NCBI GenBank assembly: GCA_963624045.1
Contig: CAVFNI010000007.1
Location: 21,935-85,934, forward strand
Reading direction: 5' to 3'
Source of the DNA: Bacteroidaceae bacterium
GTDB lineage: Bacteria > Bacillota_I > Bacilli_A > RFN20 > CAG-826
Length of the DNA: 64,000 nucleotides
In this document: positions 46,788-58,600 of the stretch, piece after piece
Numbering within the stretch: position 1 is the stretch's first letter
How the letters are laid out: the number at the start of each line of letters is the position of its first letter
Position numbers and translations under genes: made by a program
The notes under the pieces: generated by a model
Told to the model about the DNA's origin: nothing
Seen by the model: the letters and a program-made list of their open reading frames with translations, nothing else
Database searches by the model: none

Positions 46788-48800
46788 ATGGGATGCTCAC
46801 ATTGCCATTGCCATGCGCATGAAAATAAAGGAATCGAAAAGGAACACGAGAAAATCGAAAAGGAGGATAAAAAACACGTTGTTATAACGATTATTCGGCT
46901 GTCTATAAGTTTGACGTTTGCATTGCTTGGGTTGCTTTTGTTTAAGGAGGAATGGGGCGATGCCCACCTTGGAGAAGGCGCCGGCCTTTGGCTTAATTTC
47001 GCCATCATGTTAGCGGCATGGATTATAGCTGGATATGACATCGTTATCGAAGGCATTAAAAGTTTCGTCGAAGAGAAGAACCCCTTCGATGAGAACGTCT
47101 TGATGTTCATCGCCAGCGTAGGTGCCTTCTGTCTCCGTTTCTTCGGGTCAAACGAATTCTTTGAAGCGGTCATGATCGTTCTTCTCTACCAAGTGGGCGA
47201 GATGTTTGAAGATTTTGCTTCGGAACGTTCGCACAAAGCTATCTCGGAAGCGGTGGGATTGCGCGCCAAAACCGCCAATTTACTGGTTGATGGAACGCTT
47301 AAGACGATCGATCCGAAAGAATTAGAAATTGGTGATAAAATCCTAGTTAAAGTAGGCGAAATCGTTCCGGCCGATGGGGTGGTGATCGAAGGAGAGGGAT
47401 CTTTTGATTGTTCCAGTCTTACTGGTGAATTTGTCCCTGTGCATAAGGGGTGTGGCAATTCCGTTAATAGCGGTACCATCCTCAAAAATGGATCGGTCAC
47501 TATTGCCGTGAGTAAATCATACGAGGAGAGCACGGTCAGCCACATCATCAAATTGGTCGAGGAATCGGAAAGCAATAAATCGAAAGCGGATAAATTCATC
47601 ACCAAATTCGCTAAGATTTACACTCCGATTGTGGTCGGGATCGCCGTTTTGTTGGCTATCATACCCCCGATTTGCATAGATATTTCGAATTTTTCCGTTT
47701 GGTCGCATTGGCTATATACCGCCATTTGTTTATTGGTTATCTCTTGTCCGTGCGCCGTCGTTGTTAGCGTGCCTCTCTCTTATTTCGCCGGCATCGGATT
47801 AGCTTCTAAGCACGGCATTTTGGTTAAAGGCGCTTCTTATTTCGATAAATTAAACGAACTAGGGTTAGTGGTGACCGATAAAACGGGGACCATCACTGAA
47901 GGTCGCTTCAGCGTTACGAAATTATCCCCGATCGATATCGATGAAAACGAATTCTGTAAATGCCTCTTCTTGGCGGAAAGCCGTAGCAACCACCCAATCG
48001 CTAAGGCAATTATTTCCGACTTAGGAACAAAAGAAGAGCAAGAGAAAATTGACTCCTATAAGGAAATCGCCGGATATGGCGTGGAAGTGACATCCGACAA
48101 TCACATCATTTTAGCTGGAAACGCTAAATTGATGAAAGAAAGGGGGATTGCCTTCGAGGAGAGCGATGATATTGGAACGGTCGTTTATTTGGCTAAGGAC
48201 GATAAATTTTGTGGTTATATTGTTCTAAACGATGTTGCCAAAAAGGAAAGCGCTCCGACTTTAGCCGCCCTGAAAAAGGGAGGAATCGGCACTTTGATGT
48301 TAACCGGCGATAAAGAAGAAAGCGCCGCCATGATGGCTAAAGCGATTGGCCTCGACGATTATCGAAGCGAGCTTTTGCCTAATGAAAAAACAGAGATTTT
48401 GAAAGAAAAAATTGCTTCTTCATCCAAGGCGGTCGCCTATGTTGGCGATGGCATTAACGACGCGCCGTCGATTGCTTTGGCCGATGTCGGCATCGCCATG
48501 GGCGGTGGTGGCAGCGATATGGCTATCGAAAACGCCGATGTGGTCATTATGAATGACGATTTCTCTAAAATCATCACGGCCATTGCTATCGCCAAAAAAA
48601 CTAGAAACAGGGCCGTTATCGATGTGGCCGTCGCTCTCTTTGTCAAAGTCACCATCGCCATTTTGGCCATTATCATGCCTTATATCGCTAACGGCACAGA
48701 ATTACCGATGTTCATCGCCGTGCTCGCTGACACAGGGTTGACCGCTTTGCTCATTATCTTTTCGGTTTCTTTGCTGTATTCAAAGAAAATCAAAGAATAG
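46788..48800 (+). CDS. Heavy-metal-translocating P1B-type ATPase (Cd/Zn/Co-type) with a His/Cys-rich N-terminus and no HMA domain
   Basis: N-terminus MGCSHCHCHAHE, the CPC motif (LVISCPCAVVVS), DKTGTIT, GDGINDAP and TGD. Confidence 0.9.
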   Translation: MGCSHCHCHAHENKGIEKEHEKIEKEDKKHVVITIIRLSISLTFALLGLLLFKEEWGDAHLGEGAGLWLNFAIMLAAWIIAGYDIVIEGIKSFVEEKNPFDENVLMFIASVGAFCLRFFGSNEFFEAVMIVLLYQVGEMFEDFASERSHKAISEAVGLRAKTANLLVDGTLKTIDPKELEIGDKILVKVGEIVPADGVVIEGEGSFDCSSLTGEFVPVHKGCGNSVNSGTILKNGSVTIAVSKSYEESTVSHIIKLVEESESNKSKADKFITKFAKIYTPIVVGIAVLLAIIPPICIDISNFSVWSHWLYTAICLLVISCPCAVVVSVPLSYFAGIGLASKHGILVKGASYFDKLNELGLVVTDKTGTITEGRFSVTKLSPIDIDENEFCKCLFLAESRSNHPIAKAIISDLGTKEEQEKIDSYKEIAGYGVEVTSDNHIILAGNAKLMKERGIAFEESDDIGTVVYLAKDDKFCGYIVLNDVAKKESAPTLAALKKGGIGTLMLTGDKEESAAMMAKAIGLDDYRSELLPNEKTEILKEKIASSSKAVAYVGDGINDAPSIALADVGIAMGGGGSDMAIENADVVIMNDDFSKIITAIAIAKKTRNRAVIDVAVALFVKVTIAILAIIMPYIANGTELPMFIAVLADTGLTALLIIFSVSLLYSKKIKE

Positions 48801-48931
48801 ACAGGGGTTTCGTTTTGGGCCGTTTTGCCGGCAATTTGATGTTTAAACGCGTCCATTTAGTTATTTAACGGAAGATTTGCGGAGATTTTTCAATTTTTCG
48901 TTTTTTATTCTTGCGACGCCACAAAAAACGC

Positions 48932-48960
48932 TTGCGATAGCGTACGCCTACGCGTATACT
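48932..48960 (+). promoter_or_regulatory. Sigma-A-type promoter of rplKA
   Basis: TTGCGA (48932-48937), a 17-bp spacer, then TATACT (48955-48960). This leaves a ~90-nt leader. Confidence 0.55.
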
Positions 48961-49050
48961 AATGCCCGCATGCGAAAAAAGCGTGTTGCGTGGTAGAGCC
49001 TTGGACGAAGGCCCGCTAAGCCACTGCATATTGTCATTTAGGAGGACAAC

Positions 49051-49461
49051 ATGGCAAAGAAAATCGTCAAAGTCCTAAAGATGGAACTCCCAGGCGGGGA
49101 CGCCCATCCGGGACCGAAGCTTGCTAGCGCAGGCGTCGTCATGAACAAATTCTGCACGGACTTCAACGCGAAGACGGCAGACCGCAAAGGACAGGTCGTT
49201 CCTGTCATCATCACCGCCTATGAAGATAAATCCTACAGCTTCGAGATCAAGACCTCTCCTGTGAGCGGTCTCATCCTCAAAGCGGCGGGACTCACCAAAG
49301 GATCTGGTGACCAAAAGAAGATCGTCGGTCATATCACCGATGCTCAATGCGAGGAAATCGCCAAATACAAGATGCCGGATCTTAATGCCAACGATATCGA
49401 AGCGGCCAAGAAGATCGTGGCCGGCAGCGCCCGTCAAATGGGCATCACGGTCGAGAAGTAG
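49051..49461 (+). CDS. rplK: 50S ribosomal protein L11
   Basis: Motifs PGGDAHPGPKLASAGVVMNKFC, FEIKTSPVS and GSGDQKK. Confidence 0.95.
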   Translation: MAKKIVKVLKMELPGGDAHPGPKLASAGVVMNKFCTDFNAKTADRKGQVVPVIITAYEDKSYSFEIKTSPVSGLILKAAGLTKGSGDQKKIVGHITDAQCEEIAKYKMPDLNANDIEAAKKIVAGSARQMGITVEK

Positions 49462-49472
49462 GAGGGGAAACG

Positions 49473-50162
49473 ATGAAAAGAGCAAAAAAATACGTCGAAG
49501 CCTCCAAGCTTGTCGATGCCAATAAGGAATACAGCTTCGAAGAAGCCGCCGAACTCCTTAAGAAAACAAATACGACCAAATTCGATGCGACCATCGATGT
49601 CAGCTTCCGTCTTAACGTCAATCCGACCTTAGCCGATCAGCTCATTCGCGGAACCCTCGTCCTTCCGCATGGCAATGGCAAGACGAAGAAAATCCTTGCC
49701 TTAACTTCGGGCAAGCAAGAAGAAGCGAAAGCGGCCGGAGCCGATTTCGTCGGTGCGAAGGACATGCTAGAAAAAATCCAAACTGAGAACTGGTTCGGAT
49801 TCGATATCATCGTCGCTACCCCGGATATGATGGGCGAACTTGGAAAAATGGGCCGTCTTCTCGGTCCGAAGGGCTTGATGCCTAACCCCAAGACGGGCAC
49901 CGTCACCATGGCCATCGGCCAAGCGGTCACCGAAATAAAAAAAGGCAAGATCAGCTACCGCGTTGACAAAGATGGAAACCTCAATATCAGCATTGCCCGC
50001 GTTTCCTTCGATAGCCAAGCGATCGTCGATAACCTCAAGACCGTTTGCGACGCCATCGTTAAATCTCGCCCCTCGACCGTCAAGGGAAATTACATTCTTA
50101 CCGCGGTCGTCCACACCACCATGGGCCCTGGCATCAAACTCGCCTTCGCCTCCCGTAACTAA
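49473..50162 (+). CDS. rplA: 50S ribosomal protein L1
   Basis: Motifs FDATIDVSFRLNVNP, RGTLVLPHGNGK and LGPKGLMPNPKTGTVT. Confidence 0.95.
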   Translation: MKRAKKYVEASKLVDANKEYSFEEAAELLKKTNTTKFDATIDVSFRLNVNPTLADQLIRGTLVLPHGNGKTKKILALTSGKQEEAKAAGADFVGAKDMLEKIQTENWFGFDIIVATPDMMGELGKMGRLLGPKGLMPNPKTGTVTMAIGQAVTEIKKGKISYRVDKDGNLNISIARVSFDSQAIVDNLKTVCDAIVKSRPSTVKGNYILTAVVHTTMGPGIKLAFASRN

Positions 50163-50311
50163 CGGGCTCTCCATTGGAGTGAATCGCTTGTTATACCTAA
50201 GATAGCAACGGGCAAGTGCCTTAATACAACACGTTGCTGAGGTTACATTCGCATTCTCACTAGTTATATCAAGCTTCACATATAGTCGAAAAAAGAAAGG
50301 AGGAACACACG
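50163..50311 (+). promoter_or_regulatory. Untranslated leader upstream of rplJ (candidate L10-leader autoregulatory element)
   Basis: A 149-nt non-coding gap in an otherwise tightly packed cluster, at the position of the Firmicute L10 leader. I did not verify the structure. Confidence 0.3.
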
Positions 50312-50827
50312 ATGAACGAAAAAGCGCTTCAGGCTAAAAAAGATGCCGTCAAGGAAATCTCTGAAAGCCTAAAGAACAACAAGGCTCTCGCAATCGTCAG
50401 CTACCAAGGCTTGACCGTGGCCGAGATGACCGAGCTCCGTCGTACCCTCGCCGAGAAGAAGGGGACCATTGGCGTTTATAAGAACACGATGGTTCGCCGC
50501 GCCCTCAAAGAGAACGGCATCGAAGGACTCGAATCCTATCTCGAAGGGCCTAACGCCTTCGTCTTCTCTGAGGACACGACATCAGGTGCGAAGATTATCT
50601 ACAAGTTCAGCCGTTACCACGAGGCTTTAGTCCTCAAAGGCGGTCTTGTGGAAGGAACTATCGTCGATGCTGCCGGTTTGAAAGAAGTGGCGAAGCTCCC
50701 GACCAAGGAGCAATTGCTCTCGATGTTCTGCATGGTTCTGAACGAACCCGTCGCTGGCTTTGCCCGCGCCGTCAAGTCGATTGCCGATAAGGATGCGCCA
50801 GAGGCCGCTGCCTCGGCAGCCAATTAA
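50312..50827 (+). CDS. rplJ: 50S ribosomal protein L10
   Basis: Motifs VSYQGLTVAEMTELRRTL and VYKNTMVRRAL. Confidence 0.93.
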   Translation: MNEKALQAKKDAVKEISESLKNNKALAIVSYQGLTVAEMTELRRTLAEKKGTIGVYKNTMVRRALKENGIEGLESYLEGPNAFVFSEDTTSGAKIIYKFSRYHEALVLKGGLVEGTIVDAAGLKEVAKLPTKEQLLSMFCMVLNEPVAGFARAVKSIADKDAPEAAASAAN

Positions 50828-50844
50828 TCTAGGAGGATAAAACA

Positions 50845-51228
50845 ATGGCTGAAAAGTTAACCAATGAACAAATCATTGACACCCTCAAGCAAATGAGCGC
50901 CCTCGAGCTCTCTGCTCTTGTGAAGGAAGTCGAAAAAGAGTTCGGCGTCACCGCCGCCGCTCCAGTTGCCGCTGCTGCCCCAGCGGAAGAGGAAGGACCA
51001 GTTAAGAAGGGACCGACCGAGGTTTCTCTCTTCCTCAAAGGCCTTGGTACGGCTGGCAAAGTCGCCGTCATCAAAGTCGTCCAAACCATCACCGGTCTTG
51101 GACTTATGGATGCCAAGAAACTCGTTGATCAAGCTCCTGTGGCCATCAAAGAGAAAATCAGCCCCGTCGAAGCGGAAGCTTACAAGAAGACCCTTGTCGA
51201 CGCTGGCTGCGAAGTCGAAATCAAATAA
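50845..51228 (+). CDS. rplL: 50S ribosomal protein L7/L12
   Basis: Motifs LSALVKEVEKEFGV, an Ala/Pro hinge, and KVAVIKVVQTITGLGLMDAKKLVD. Confidence 0.95.
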   Translation: MAEKLTNEQIIDTLKQMSALELSALVKEVEKEFGVTAAAPVAAAAPAEEEGPVKKGPTEVSLFLKGLGTAGKVAVIKVVQTITGLGLMDAKKLVDQAPVAIKEKISPVEAEAYKKTLVDAGCEVEIK

Positions 51229-51307
51229 TTTCGAATTCTCTCGTCTTAACCCTGCTCATGGACTCGTCATCTGTGGGTAGGGTTTTGGCGCTTATGGAGG
51301 AATCAAA

Positions 51308-51904
51308 GTGGGTCAATACTTCGACAACAACGAAGCGCTCGCTCATAAAGACATTACAATTCGTTTCTCTTTATGGGGAAAGGAATATGCCCTCCAAAGC
51401 GACAATGGGGTTTTCTCTAAAGACGGTTTAGACGATGGTACGCGTTTGTTGCTTGAAACCATCGCCCAAGCCGATCTTGGAACCTCGATTCTGGATATGG
51501 GATGCGGAGTGGGACCAATCGGACTAATCCTCGCTCTAATCTCGCCGAAACGTTCCGTCGATTTAGTGGATGTGAACGATCGGGCAATCGATCTAGCGAA
51601 CAAGAATGCCGTCATTCTCGGCGTTTCCGAACAAGTTAAGATCTTCCATAGCGACGTTTACCGCAGCATCGATTCTACCTATGACACGATAGTCAGCAAC
51701 CCTCCTATAAGGGCTGGCAAAAAAGTCACCTATGGCATTTACGACGACGCCCTTCATCATCTTAAAGATAACGGAAGGCTCATCATCGTCATCCGAGTGA
51801 AGCAGGGCGCCTATAGCGCGCTCGCGCATATATCTTCTTTATATAGCCATACAGAGATATTAGCCAAGAAGAAGGGCTATCTTGTCATCCAAGCAGTCAA
51901 ATAA
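51308..51904 (+). CDS. Class I SAM-dependent methyltransferase (RsmC/YbxB-like), GTG start
   Basis: Motifs [13 protein letters not shown] and [11 protein letters not shown]. Its position between rplL and rpoB matches B. subtilis ybxB. Confidence 0.75.
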   Translation: MGQYFDNNEALAHKDITIRFSLWGKEYALQSDNGVFSKDGLDDGTRLLLETIAQADLGTSILDMGCGVGPIGLILALISPKRSVDLVDVNDRAIDLANKNAVILGVSEQVKIFHSDVYRSIDSTYDTIVSNPPIRAGKKVTYGIYDDALHHLKDNGRLIIVIRVKQGAYSALAHISSLYSHTEILAKKKGYLVIQAVK

Positions 51905-51914
51905 GGAGCTTCAA

Positions 51915-54900
51915 ATGGCCAAAACACAAAGCAAAACCTACAAGGACTACCCCTTGCTTCAAAATGACCGCATTGATTTTTCGAAAATCAGCGGAAATTC
52001 TCCTTTGCCGAATCTTGTTGAAATCCAAACGGATTCCTTCAAATGGTTCATGGAGAAAGGAATCGACGAAGTCTTTAAAGAAGTCTTCCCAATTACCAAT
52101 TATGCGGAAACGGTCTATATCGAATATGCCAATTGTCATTTCGACAAACCCGAATACGGACCTTTGGAATGCAAAGAAAACGACCTAACTTATTCAAGCA
52201 AGTTACGCGTCACCCTGCGTCTAAATAACAAAACGACCGGGGAAATCAAGGAAACGAGCGAAGTTTTCATGGGCGATGTCCCGATGATGACTGAAAGCGG
52301 AACCTTCATCGTCAATGGCGCCGAACGTGTCATCGTTTCTCAGATTGTTCGTTCGCCAGGCGCTTATTTCGGCGAAAGCTTCGATACCAAACTTGGTGTT
52401 CATCTTTATACCGGGGAAATCATTCCGACGCGTGGCACCTGGTTACAATTCGAAACCGACACCCATGGCGTGATGTATGTTCGCATTGACCGCCAGCGCA
52501 AGATGCCGGCGACCGTTCTTTTCAAAGCCCTTGGTATGGACAAGAACGATGGCAATGGCTATTGGAATGAAATTTATGATCTTTTCGGCGAAAGCGAAGG
52601 CCTAAAGGCCACCATCGCCAAAGATAGCGCTAACACGTCTGCTAACGCCGCCATCATTGACATCTTCAAGAAATTAAAGCCTGGAGAACCGGTCACCCGT
52701 GAGGGCGTTGAAAAATTCCTCGTCCAGAAATTCTTCGATGACAAGCGTTATGACTTAGGCCGCGCCGGCCGTTTCAAATACACCCAAAAACTCGGTATTT
52801 ACGAGCGTTTGGTTGGACGTGTTTTGGCCGAAAGCCTCGTAAGCGTCGACGGCGAGATCTTCACCAACCGCGAAGGCGAGCCCTTTGTTCGCGGCCACCT
52901 GATGAGCAAAGCGGACGTCGCCGAGCTTCGTGACGCCGAATTCTTCGAGCGCGGCGCTCACACGAAGAAAGTTCGCGTCAACACCAAACTCGACACCCAT
53001 AGCACCGTCAATGTCGTGAAGGTTTTCGCTCATGACAAAGAAGGCGACAAAATCGTCAAAATCATCGGTACCGATATCAACCTTTGCGGCATCCAAGGCG
53101 GCAAAGAAGTCTCTTGCGTCACCATTAGCGACATGATCGCTTGCTTCAGCTATTTCTGCAATATTCAAGATGGCATCGGCGTAACCGATGACATTGATCA
53201 CTTAGGTAACCGCCGTGTGCGTTGCGTTGGCGAGCTTTTGCAAACGCAATTCCGCATCGGCCTTACCAAGATGAGCAAAGCGGTCCAGCAGAAGATGTCC
53301 GTTACCGATATGACGGAAATGAAACCGCAAGCGCTTATTAATATTCGCCCGCTTACTTCCAGCATCCGTGAATTCTTCGCCTCGAGCCAGCTCTCCCAAT
53401 TTATGGATCAAACCAATCCTTTGGCAGAACTCACCAATAAGCGTCGTATCAGTGCTTTAGGCCCTGGCGGCCTTACCCGCGACCGCGCTTCCATGGAGGT
53501 TCGTGACGTTCACTATACCCATTACGGCCGCATTTGCCCGATTGAAACGCCTGAAGGCCAAAACATCGGTCTTATCAATAACTTAAGCACCTACGCCAAA
53601 ATCAATAAATATGGCTTCTTGCAAGCTCCTTACCGCATCGTCATTAAAGAATGCGATAAAGACGGCAAGATGCATTATTATGTCTCCGACCGCGCCGAAT
53701 ATTTAAGCGCCGATGATGAGCGCGATCACTATATCGCCCAAGCCAACGTCCGTTTAAGCGAGCCAGAGGAAGTTACTTTCTCTGATGGACATAAAGAAAT
53801 CGTCAAGGAGTTCCTCGATGAAGAAGTCATTGCTCGCCATGACGATGACAGTGGCCTTGTTCCCGTGGATGAAGTTTCTTATGTCGACGTCTCGCCGAAA
53901 GAAATCGTTTCGGTGGCGGCCGCTTGCATCCCCTTCCTTGAAAACGATGACGCCACCCGTGCTTTGATGGGTGCGAACATGCAACGTCAGGCCTTGCCGC
54001 TTCTTCGTCCTTCTCTATCTTATGTCGGAACCGGCATGGAAGGGAAAGTCGCTCGCGACAGTGGCTTAGCGGTCGTTTCCAGCGGCGATGGCGTGGTTAC
54101 CTATATGGATAGCTCCACCATCAAAGTGAAGGAAGGATCGAAGGAAAAGGTGTATCGACTCCAAAAATTCGATCGTTCTAACCAAGGAACTTGCATTAAT
54201 CAAACCCCGATTGTCAAAGTGGGCGATGAGATCAAGAAAGACCAAATCATTGCCGATGGTCCCGCTATGAAGAATGGTGAATTGGCCCTCGGTCAGAATA
54301 TGTTGGTCGCCTATATGACGTGGCACGGATATAACTACGAAGACGCCGTCATCATGTCCGAGAGAATGGTCAAGGAAGATATTTATACTTCCATCCATAT
54401 CGAGGCTTATGACCTAGAATGCCGTGAAACTAAGCTTGGTGCCGAAGAAATCACCCGCGATGTTCCTAACGTCGGAGAAGAAGCGAAAGCCAATCTTGAC
54501 GAAGATGGCATCATTATCGCCGGGGCGGAAGTCAAAGAAGGGGATATCCTCGTAGGCAAAGTCACGCCGAAAGGACAAACTGAGCCGACGCCGGAAGAAA
54601 AACTCCTTATGGCTATTTTCGCTGAGAAAACGAAAGATGGTAAAGATAGCTCTTTGCGCGTTCCTCATGGCGGTGCTGGCATCGTCTTGAAAGTCAAGCA
54701 ATACAGCCGCAAAAACAAAGATCCATTATCGCCAGGCGTTATCAAGAAAGTTCGCGTTTATATCGTTCAGAAGAGAAAGATCTCTGAAGGCGATAAGATG
54801 TCAGGACGTCATGGTAACAAAGGCGTTATCTCGAAGATCTTGCCGGTGGAGGATATGCCATTCTTGCCGGATGGCACGCCAATCGACGTCATGCTTTCTC

Positions 54901-55673
54901 CGATGGGCGTCCCTTCCCGTATGAACATCGGCCAGATTTTGGAAGTCCATTTAGGCTTAGCTTGCCGTAAACTCGGACTCCGTGTTGCTACCCCGGTATT
55001 CGATGGTATAAGCAACAAGGAAATCAGCGATTTGATGGATAAAGCCGGCATTGCTAGCGATGGCAAGAGCATCCTTTATGATGGACAAACTGGCGAACGC
55101 TTCCCCGAACGTATCTCCGTGGGCGTTCAATATATGATTAAACTCGTCCACATGGTCGACGATAAGCTCCATGCCCGTGCGACGGGACCATATTCGTTAG
55201 TGACGCAACAGCCACTAGGCGGCAAAGCCCAAAACGGCGGTCAGCGTTTCGGCGAAATGGAAGTCTGGGCCCTCGAAGCCTATGGCGCCGCCCACGTGTT
55301 ACAAGAAATGATCACCATCAAGAGCGATGATCGCGTTGGACGTCGTAAGACTTACGAAGCAATCATCAAAGGTCATAATTTGCCTAAACCCGGCATGCCT
55401 GAAGCTTTCAAAGTCTTCACCAAGGAACTTAAAGGCCTTGGCATGAATGTCGCTTTGTATGATACCGAAGGCGAAACCATCGATATGGATAGCTTGGCTA
55501 AGGAAGCCTTGATTGAGGAAAGGAAGGTCAATAGCGCCATCCGTAACCTCACTTCACCCCGCGAAGAGGAGAAGGCCGATGTCGAAGAAGTGAGTAACGA
55601 CATCACTTCCGAACAAGCGGCAGAAGAAGGGCTTTCTATCGGCAATGGTCCTAGCTCTGGCGACCTTGACTAA
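51915..55673 (+). CDS. rpoB: DNA-directed RNA polymerase subunit beta
   Basis: Motifs [35 protein letters not shown] and [14 protein letters not shown]. The ATG at 51915 follows an AAGGAG SD. Confidence 0.97.
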   Translation: MAKTQSKTYKDYPLLQNDRIDFSKISGNSPLPNLVEIQTDSFKWFMEKGIDEVFKEVFPITNYAETVYIEYANCHFDKPEYGPLECKENDLTYSSKLRVTLRLNNKTTGEIKETSEVFMGDVPMMTESGTFIVNGAERVIVSQIVRSPGAYFGESFDTKLGVHLYTGEIIPTRGTWLQFETDTHGVMYVRIDRQRKMPATVLFKALGMDKNDGNGYWNEIYDLFGESEGLKATIAKDSANTSANAAIIDIFKKLKPGEPVTREGVEKFLVQKFFDDKRYDLGRAGRFKYTQKLGIYERLVGRVLAESLVSVDGEIFTNREGEPFVRGHLMSKADVAELRDAEFFERGAHTKKVRVNTKLDTHSTVNVVKVFAHDKEGDKIVKIIGTDINLCGIQGGKEVSCVTISDMIACFSYFCNIQDGIGVTDDIDHLGNRRVRCVGELLQTQFRIGLTKMSKAVQQKMSVTDMTEMKPQALINIRPLTSSIREFFASSQLSQFMDQTNPLAELTNKRRISALGPGGLTRDRASMEVRDVHYTHYGRICPIETPEGQNIGLINNLSTYAKINKYGFLQAPYRIVIKECDKDGKMHYYVSDRAEYLSADDERDHYIAQANVRLSEPEEVTFSDGHKEIVKEFLDEEVIARHDDDSGLVPVDEVSYVDVSPKEIVSVAAACIPFLENDDATRALMGANMQRQALPLLRPSLSYVGTGMEGKVARDSGLAVVSSGDGVVTYMDSSTIKVKEGSKEKVYRLQKFDRSNQGTCINQTPIVKVGDEIKKDQIIADGPAMKNGELALGQNMLVAYMTWHGYNYEDAVIMSERMVKEDIYTSIHIEAYDLECRETKLGAEEITRDVPNVGEEAKANLDEDGIIIAGAEVKEGDILVGKVTPKGQTEPTPEEKLLMAIFAEKTKDGKDSSLRVPHGGAGIVLKVKQYSRKNKDPLSPGVIKKVRVYIVQKRKISEGDKMSGRHGNKGVISKILPVEDMPFLPDGTPIDVMLSPMGVPSRMNIGQILEVHLGLACRKLGLRVATPVFDGISNKEISDLMDKAGIASDGKSILYDGQTGERFPERISVGVQYMIKLVHMVDDKLHARATGPYSLVTQQPLGGKAQNGGQRFGEMEVWALEAYGAAHVLQEMITIKSDDRVGRRKTYEAIIKGHNLPKPGMPEAFKVFTKELKGLGMNVALYDTEGETIDMDSLAKEALIEERKVNSAIRNLTSPREEEKADVEEVSNDITSEQAAEEGLSIGNGPSSGDLD

Positions 55674-55690
55674 TAAAGGAGGAAAGAAGA

Positions 55691-58600
55691 ATGTTTGATA
55701 TCAATAATTTAGCCGCGATGCAAGTCGGCCTTGCCTCCCCGGATACGATTCGTAGCTGGTCGCACGGCGAAGTCACCAAATCGGAAACCATCAATTATCG
55801 TTCCCAAAAACCGGAAATGGGAGGTTTATTCTGCGAGAAGATCTTCGGTCCGGCCAAGGATTACGAATGCCATTGCGGCAAATACAAAAAAATCCGTTAT
55901 CAAGGCATCACTTGCGAAAAGTGCGGCGTCGAGGTTATCTCCAAAGAATGGAGAAGGGAAAGATTCGGCCATATCGAATTGGTTTCCCCTTGTTCGCATA
56001 TTTGGTACCTCAAAGGCATCCCTTCCCGCATGGGGTTAGTTTTGGAGATGTCTCCGAAGCAACTCGAGGAAATCGTCTATTTTGCCGCCCACGTGGTTCT
56101 TAACCCTGGCTCCAGTGGTGTCCTCAAATACAAAGACTTCCTTGATGAGAAGACGGCGCGCGTGGAATTCGTCGACGCCATCAACGATTTCAAGTTATCA
56201 ATTCCCGAAGGCAGTGCCGATTATCTTAAAGCGGAAGAGCTCATCGAGAAGATGCAAAACCCCAATGAGACGTTCGATTTTTTCTCCAATAGTGCCTTTA
56301 TCTCCAAATACACCGGCGCCGAATTCGGCGAAGGGGCAGCCGCCGTTAAGCGTTTGCTTCACGAAGTCGATTTGGATGCCGAATTTGACCGCATCACCAA
56401 AGAAATCCGCGATTTCAGCGGCCAACGCCGTTTGAAAGAAGCCAAACGCCTCGAAGTTATTCAAGCTTTCCGTGATTCCAAGCAAAAACCGGAATGGATG
56501 ATTTTGGACGTCATTCCCGTCATTCCACCGGATTTACGTCCGATGCTTCAACTCGACGGCGGCCGTTTTGCCGCCAGCGATTTGAACGATTTATATCGCC
56601 GCGTCATCAGCCGTAACACCCGTCTTAAGAAATTGATCGACATGAACGCTCCTTATGTCATTCTTATGAACGAGAAGCGTATGCTTCAAGAAGCGGTGGA
56701 TGCCTTAATTGATAATGGTCGCCGCAATAAGCCCGTCACTGGGCCTAGTGGCCGTCCGCTGAAATCGCTTAGCTCTGGCTTAAAGGGCAAGCAAGGCCGT
56801 TTCCGTCAAAACCTCTTGGGCAAGCGTGTCGATTATAGCGGCCGTTCCGTCATTGCCGTTGGCCCGTCCTTACGCATGTATCAATGCGGTCTTCCTCGGG
56901 AGATGGCCATCCAATTGCTTCGTCCTTTCATCGCCGCCATTTTGATCAAACGCGGCTATGTGAACGCCCATAAGCAAGCGGATAAGATCATCGACCGTTA
57001 CGATTCGATCGTCTACGATATCGCTGAGGAAATCGTTTCCCAGCACCCGGTCTTGCTTAACCGCGCCCCGACCCTGCACCGTTTAGGCATCCAAGCCTTC
57101 CAACCGGTTCTAGTCGATGGCCACGCTATCCGTTTGCACCCGCTCGTTTGCCCTGGCTTTAACGCCGACTTTGACGGCGACCAGATGGCCGTGCACGTTC
57201 CTTTAGGCAAAGCGGCGCAAGAAGAAGCTTTGAACCTCATGCTCGCTAGCAATAACATCCTCGGCCCGAAAGATGGCAAGCCCATCGTCATCCCTTCTCA
57301 GGACATGATTTTAGGCAACTATTATTTGACCGAAGAGGAGACGAAGAACGACTTCTTGCTTCGTGCCTCGAAGCTTCGCGCCGTCAAAATCAAAGACCCC
57401 GCCGAGAAAGAAGCTAATGATAGGCATGCCGAATTAAATGAGCATTTCGCCACGATGGAAGGTAAAGTCTTCTCGAGCGTAAACGAAGTGCGCGACGCCT
57501 ATGAATCGGGCATTGTTTCTTTGCATAACCGTATCGCCATTCCGGCGACGAAAATCCATAAGAAATTCGCCCCCGAGAGCGATCCCGACAACATCCGTGA
57601 TTATGGTCTTCCATATGAATGCCGTAACCGTTATCTCATCACCACCGTCGGCAAGATTATCTTCAATGAAATTTTCCCTGACGATTTCAATTACATCAAT
57701 GATAAGCCTGGCGCCTCTTTATCTGAATTAAAGAGCTGGTTCGTGCCAATGGGGACGGATATTCCTGCTTGGATTAGCGAACAAGCCCCGCACAATCCGA
57801 TCAAGAAGAAAGATTTAGGTAAATTGATTGACCTCATCTTCCATAAATACGACATGAACGAAGATAGCTCGATCGCCGCCTTGCAAAAGATTAGCGACGA
57901 TTACGCCCAAAGCGAGGAAAAAGATGCTCCCTCTTCCATCCAAAAAGTGGCGCAAGTCATTAACGATGGTCTCAAGGAGGAAGACGATTCTCGCTTGGTT
58001 AATTCTTCCAAGCATCATTATGTCCTCACCCGTGCTGACGACATTCTCCGCGAAAGCGAGGAAGGCAAATCGCCCGATGAGATCATGAACGAAATCAAAC
58101 AACTCCTATTGGAGCCATATCCTTCGAAGACTTCCGCCGTCCTTGATAAAATCAAAGACCAAGGCTTCGAATATAGCACCAAGAGCTCTGTCACCGTCGC
58201 CATCAGTGATATCAAACCGGTCGACGGCAAAGAAGAATTGGTCGACAATTACCGCAAGAGGGTCGAGCATATCAATTATCTAGCGAATCATAAAGGTCTC
58301 CTTTCTGAGAATGAACGCCACGAAACGGTGGTCAAACTCTGGCAGGAATGCACTTCCAAGGTTCGAGAACTCGTCGAAGCGGCCATTAAGAAACCCGAAG
58401 AGAGACAAAATCCTGTCATCATCATGCTTGATTCTGGCTCTCGTGGTTCGGTCGATAACTTTAACCAGCTCGAAGGCATGAAAGGCTTGGTCGCCGCCGC
58501 CCGTGGTAGCGCCCATAAAGACTACGTTTACGAAATGCCTATCACTTCCAATTATCGTAGCGGTTTAACCATTGCCGAATATTTCCATAACACCCACGGT

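Noticed and set aside
51229-51307. Terminator between rplL and the methyltransferase gene (AACCCT...AGGGTTTT).
   Set aside because: The stem is only 6 bp with a ~27-nt loop and a weak U-tract, which is not convincing enough to report as a feature.
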